From IMG/VR virus record IMGVR_UViG_3300037852_000224, positions 1 through 58,934 of that record: 58,934 bases of DNA; one strand, written 5' to 3'. Position numbers and translations under genes: made by a program. Each line of letters starts with the position of its first letter. Positions within the stretch are counted from its first letter, which is position 1. The stretch is from a virus (lineage: Duplodnaviria; Caudoviricetes). Below are positions 55,589 to 58,934 of the stretch, piece by piece. The notes under the pieces are model-generated. The model did no database searches and was not told the DNA's origin. It worked only from the letters and a program-made list of their open reading frames with translations.

Positions 55589-55863
55589 ACGTGCTCACTT
55601 AACAGTGTTTGTTTTCTTTCCTTCGTTTGACCGGCGCGGAATGCGATGGCCCCGGCTTGGAATCGGTTGACGAACTCGCCGGTGTCGGTTACGAACCCTT
55701 GTTCACTTTGTGGGATTTTGGCTTTTTCATCCACTTTCCAAATGTCGTACATGATCTCTGAGTGGCGCCGTCCAGTCCAGATTTTACCGTTGTGGTTGAT
55801 GGCGGCGGAGGCGATGCGGGGTGTGTAGGGCATGGCATTCGCAGGTTTGGTTAGCTTGTCCAT
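55582..55863 (-). CDS. Conserved phage hypothetical protein
   Basis: GRRH...QGFVT..GEFVNR..A..IA..AGQ...LLSE pattern. Confidence 0.7.
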   Translation of the reverse strand: MDKLTKPANAMPYTPRIASAAINHNGKIWTGRRHSEIMYDIWKVDEKAKIPQSEQGFVTDTGEFVNRFQAGAIAFRAGQTKERKQTLLSEHVW

Positions 55864-56531
55864 TAAACTGTCCTCTCCGCCACCAGTCCATATCCCAGAG
55901 GGAAACGGAATCCACCCACCTGCACCACGGCGCGTAATTCATGGTGCAGAATGTTAAACCGGCTGAGGCACCGGAAGGGGCCGGAATGTTCCGTTGGGAT
56001 CATCGCTTCCATCCCCAGTTTGGTAAACCTGTGCATGTCGAAACTCTCTCCACCTAATCCTCTAGGCTCACCGTAGCGGTCGTTGGGCACTTCATCCCAA
56101 TTGGTCGGGTAGGTAAGGATTAAGTGTCCACGGGGGTGGAGGAGGAAACCTAAGCGGCAGATTAACGATATCGGGTCCGGGACGTATTGGAGGACTTGAG
56201 TGCACAGTACAGTGGAGAATTTCGGTGTGTCGACGTGGAATGGGTCATCGTAGGGACTGTGTTGGGAGTCCTGCCAGCCTCCGTTGTGCCGGTCCCAGGG
56301 GATGTATTCTGTGCTGGGTAAATGTTCAATCAATTTACGGTAGGGCTGGGCGCCACAACCATAATCCAGCACGCGACCCCGAAAGTATTGGTGGTGTTCG
56401 GTGAGGAAGGCGAGGATAGAGCAGCGTTCCATATCACGGATGGGATCGTTGGCATACTCCGCCTGCCGGTTGGTTGGCGATGCGATGGTAGTCCAATTGA
56501 TTAGCGATGCGTTGAGAATGTAAGGTCGCAT
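55863..56531 (-). CDS. Class I SAM-dependent methyltransferase
   Basis: VLDYGCG, VLCTQVLQYVPDP, LHPRGHLILT. Confidence 0.85.
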   Translation of the reverse strand: MRPYILNASLINWTTIASPTNRQAEYANDPIRDMERCSILAFLTEHHQYFRGRVLDYGCGAQPYRKLIEHLPSTEYIPWDRHNGGWQDSQHSPYDDPFHVDTPKFSTVLCTQVLQYVPDPISLICRLGFLLHPRGHLILTYPTNWDEVPNDRYGEPRGLGGESFDMHRFTKLGMEAMIPTEHSGPFRCLSRFNILHHELRAVVQVGGFRFPLGYGLVAERTV

Positions 56532-56532
56532 G

Positions 56533-57144
56533 TTAGATTGCCCGGTCGGGGTGGATGATGTATTCGTTGAGGTCGCTGAGGAACCACGGTTGGCAGCCGG
56601 TCTCAGGTTGCATTTGCGACCGGTAACAGGCTAGTGCTCGATGCTTGGCCACCAGCGCGTCCGGGGACGGCACGGGGTAGGCGGTGGAAGTGCGGGTCCT
56701 GCCGCCGGTTCGCGTGTAGGTTGTATACCGACGCAGGCGGCGGCAGTCCACACCGAATGCTTCGACCGCCGCCATGGTTACGAGATTGTGTTGGACGTGG
56801 CCGTGGTCTTCACCTAAGGGGCAGTACACTTCACACTTGCCGTCGTCGAATTGTTTGAGCATAGTGGAAAGGGTTATCATCCACCGTTCTAGGTCCGCAT
56901 TGTAGTCCATATCATCACGGAGCTTTAGGAAGTGGATTCTGCCTGCTGTGTCCGGGAGTAGGTATTTATATGCGGCGATGGATTCCTCTACACGGTCCAT
57001 GACGGAGCAGTTGGGGATGCCACGAGCAGGCTGGATGTAAGAATCAAACGCGATGATAATGTGGGCGTCGTCGCGGTGCTCCCAGAGGGGGAAGGCGCAG
57101 AACAAGGGGACATCATCCCCGTGTGGGCAGAGGAATAGCGTCAT
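56533..57144 (-). CDS. PIG-L/LmbE-family deacetylase
   Basis: PHGDD, HVQH, KHRALACYRSQ. Confidence 0.8.
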   Translation of the reverse strand: MTLFLCPHGDDVPLFCAFPLWEHRDDAHIIIAFDSYIQPARGIPNCSVMDRVEESIAAYKYLLPDTAGRIHFLKLRDDMDYNADLERWMITLSTMLKQFDDGKCEVYCPLGEDHGHVQHNLVTMAAVEAFGVDCRRLRRYTTYTRTGGRTRTSTAYPVPSPDALVAKHRALACYRSQMQPETGCQPWFLSDLNEYIIHPDRAI

Positions 57145-57410
57145 GATTCAATCGGTCCAATCTCCGTCAGGATTTTGCTGATGTGTTTATGTAGGCAGGA
57201 CTCGGAACATAGGTCACGCTTCTCAGTAGTGCAATTAAGCACGGCCATCGTGTAGGGCTGATGTTTTCCCATGGAGAACCCAGTCACCTTGGCTTCTACC
57301 GCTCCATTTGATGCGTCCACGGCATGTGAGTACACCCACACCTTCCACCACTTGTTGGCCTCTTTCTTGATGGCAGGACATTCGTCACACTTAATCCCGT
57401 TAAAGTCCAT
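57141..57410 (-). CDS. Small zinc-binding protein
   Basis: CDEC...DLCSESC. Confidence 0.6.
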   Translation of the reverse strand: MDFNGIKCDECPAIKKEANKWWKVWVYSHAVDASNGAVEAKVTGFSMGKHQPYTMAVLNCTTEKRDLCSESCLHKHISKILTEIGPIES

Positions 57411-57650
57411 GTCCTGATCCTCCCGGAGCCTTCAATTTCTCTCTAACAGCGTGCAAACAGTGTTCACCGAACGTTCCCAACACATCGATAGACAATCGGT
57501 CGTACTTATCCTGGTCGAATACCCAAAACCGGTTGAAACGCAGGAGTTCGATGAATAGCAATTCAATCTCGGTGAAATCCCCGGCGGGGTCGTTGCGCAT
57601 GTAGGGTTTATCCTTCCTGTTTTCTCTTCTCAGGGTCCATTTCCGCCCCC

Positions 57651-58427
57651 TCATACGGCCCGCCCGCGTTTGGTGGCTATGTTCTCTGGACTCCCTTCCC
57701 ACCACTGCCAGAGGTCCCGGCAGTGTTCCGGGTACTCCCGCCACACGCGGCGTTGCACGCCACTGGCGTCGTATTGAGCGTTCAGTGTCCGCCACGGTTC
57801 GAACGGCAAGTGATCCAGTAAAAACACAGGCAACGGTGGATCGATGAACGCTTTAATTGCCTGTGGGTTGTTCCACTGCCATTCCGAAAGACCGAATCTC
57901 CCACTGGCGCCGTTGGGTGTAGGCAGGGGACGGGACTCGAACGCCCTCCGGCGGAATAACCCGATCCCACCGATGTTAGGGACGATGCGGACGCAACGGG
58001 ATGCATTCCCCCAGGTATCAGCGGGGTTTAGGGTAGGGGGGAATACTGTAGGGTCTGGCGCCCACGCTTCAATGCCTAGGAGGTCTACGCGGAAATCGTT
58101 GAGGACGGTGCAGGATTGCTCCAGCCATCGCGGGGGGACTATGGTGTCATTGTCGATTTTGGCGATGTAATCGGCAGAGGAAATGGACAGTGCATGATTG
58201 AGAATGGCGACGGGGCCACCAAAACATTCCTTGATAAAATATAGATTGAGCGGGAACTTAGGGGAGGTATCTGGGTAATATAATGCTTCTGTCTCTCCAT
58301 CGGTGTAGATCCAGAAATGCTCCACCATGGCCCAGTTCGTGTTCTTAATCAGATTGAGCAGGGACACGGAGGTGAATTCAGGCCGCCCGTGGGCGAGGAA
58401 GATTAGATCGATGGTTGGATGTGTCAT
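57651..58427 (-). CDS. GT2-family glycosyltransferase
   Basis: IDLIFLAHGR, YIAKIDNDT..PPRWL, IGGIGLFRR. Confidence 0.8.
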   Translation of the reverse strand: MTHPTIDLIFLAHGRPEFTSVSLLNLIKNTNWAMVEHFWIYTDGETEALYYPDTSPKFPLNLYFIKECFGGPVAILNHALSISSADYIAKIDNDTIVPPRWLEQSCTVLNDFRVDLLGIEAWAPDPTVFPPTLNPADTWGNASRCVRIVPNIGGIGLFRRRAFESRPLPTPNGASGRFGLSEWQWNNPQAIKAFIDPPLPVFLLDHLPFEPWRTLNAQYDASGVQRRVWREYPEHCRDLWQWWEGSPENIATKRGRAV

Positions 58428-58600
58428 GCCAATTCCCCCCGTTTAAACTTCTCCACCATCTCATCCATCTGCGTCTTGGTCCAATCCTCGCAGGGGAATT
58501 GCATCTGGGTCCTCACCGTGCCGTTGGGCCGGTGGATGACGATGAGGTAGTAGGTGGAATAGATGCGGAGTTCCACGTCGATGGTCGGTGGCACATTCAT
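58424..58600 (-). CDS. 58-aa hypothetical protein (absent from the ORF track)
   Basis: ATGA-coupled at both ends: MNVPPTIDVELRIY...KFKRGELA. Confidence 0.5.
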   Translation of the reverse strand: MNVPPTIDVELRIYSTYYLIVIHRPNGTVRTQMQFPCEDWTKTQMDEMVEKFKRGELA

Positions 58601-58934
58601 CGTATTCCTGCCTTTCGGTCGTACTCTGAGCGCTTAACCTTGTCCTTCAGCGTCGTGTATGCCACATTGATTGATTGCATGCGACTGGCGGCACGAGGGT
58701 TATCAGGGTGGCGGTCGGGATGGAATTTGATCGCTAGTGACCGGTATGCCGCCGTGATGGTTTCCGTGGACGCGTAGGGAGAGACTTCGAGGATGCGGTA
58801 GAGATCTGGGAGGGCAGGCACAGTGGATGAGGATGGTGATTTGGACTTGGATTTAGGTTTGGCATTGGAGCCTACCGCCGCCGGTCGCGGGGGGCGTTGT
58901 GTCTGCCCCTGGGCCTGTGTCTGTGTCTTCTGCT
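58597..58934 (-). CDS. J-domain protein, 3' part (gene starts at 224 across the origin)
   Basis: DLYRILEV..AYRSLAIKFHPDR..INVAYTTLKD..RSEYD. Confidence 0.9.
   Translation of the reverse strand, partial: QKTQTQAQGQTQRPPRPAAVGSNAKPKSKSKSPSSSTVPALPDLYRILEVSPYASTETITAAYRSLAIKFHPDRHPDNPRAASRMQSINVAYTTLKDKVKRSEYDRKAGIR
58808..58934. repeat. Terminal direct repeat, copy of 1-127
   Basis: Exact identity. Confidence 0.95.

Overview
The window is one complete, circular virus genome of about 58.8 kb. Bases 1-127 repeat exactly at 58808-58934, and a J-domain ORF reads through the junction. I found no terminase, portal, HK97 capsid, tail or A32/FtsK-type packaging ATPase. Instead, a ~25-kb minus-strand morphogenesis block (14.9-39.8 kb) encodes a tandem set of probable jelly-roll proteins, an Arg-rich membrane-anchored core protein and about a dozen membrane-anchored, often Cys-rich, proteins. 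Most of the anchored proteins share a (L/M/V)xG(L/M)G motif. The block also has a transglutaminase/papain-fold enzyme, two lytic transglycosylases and spike-like proteins with Sec signal peptides. This suggests a tailless, membrane-containing dsDNA virus; the host is possibly Acidobacteriota (inference). The remaining genes include a family-A DNA polymerase split into UDG, 3'-5' exonuclease and polymerase genes, two helicases, a Sak4-like recombination module, ThyX, Dam, a ParB-like protein, a tyrosine recombinase, an XRE repressor, GroES-like and J-domain chaperones, a PAP2 phosphatase and a glycosylation cluster. The strongest unexplained signal is a 13-bp palindrome, TTTACG(C/G)CGTAAA, with 8 perfect copies around the genome. 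It resembles the KorB operator, and at several copies the + strand switches from C-rich to G-rich regardless of gene orientation. All protein calls come from motif recognition by eye, not from database searches.
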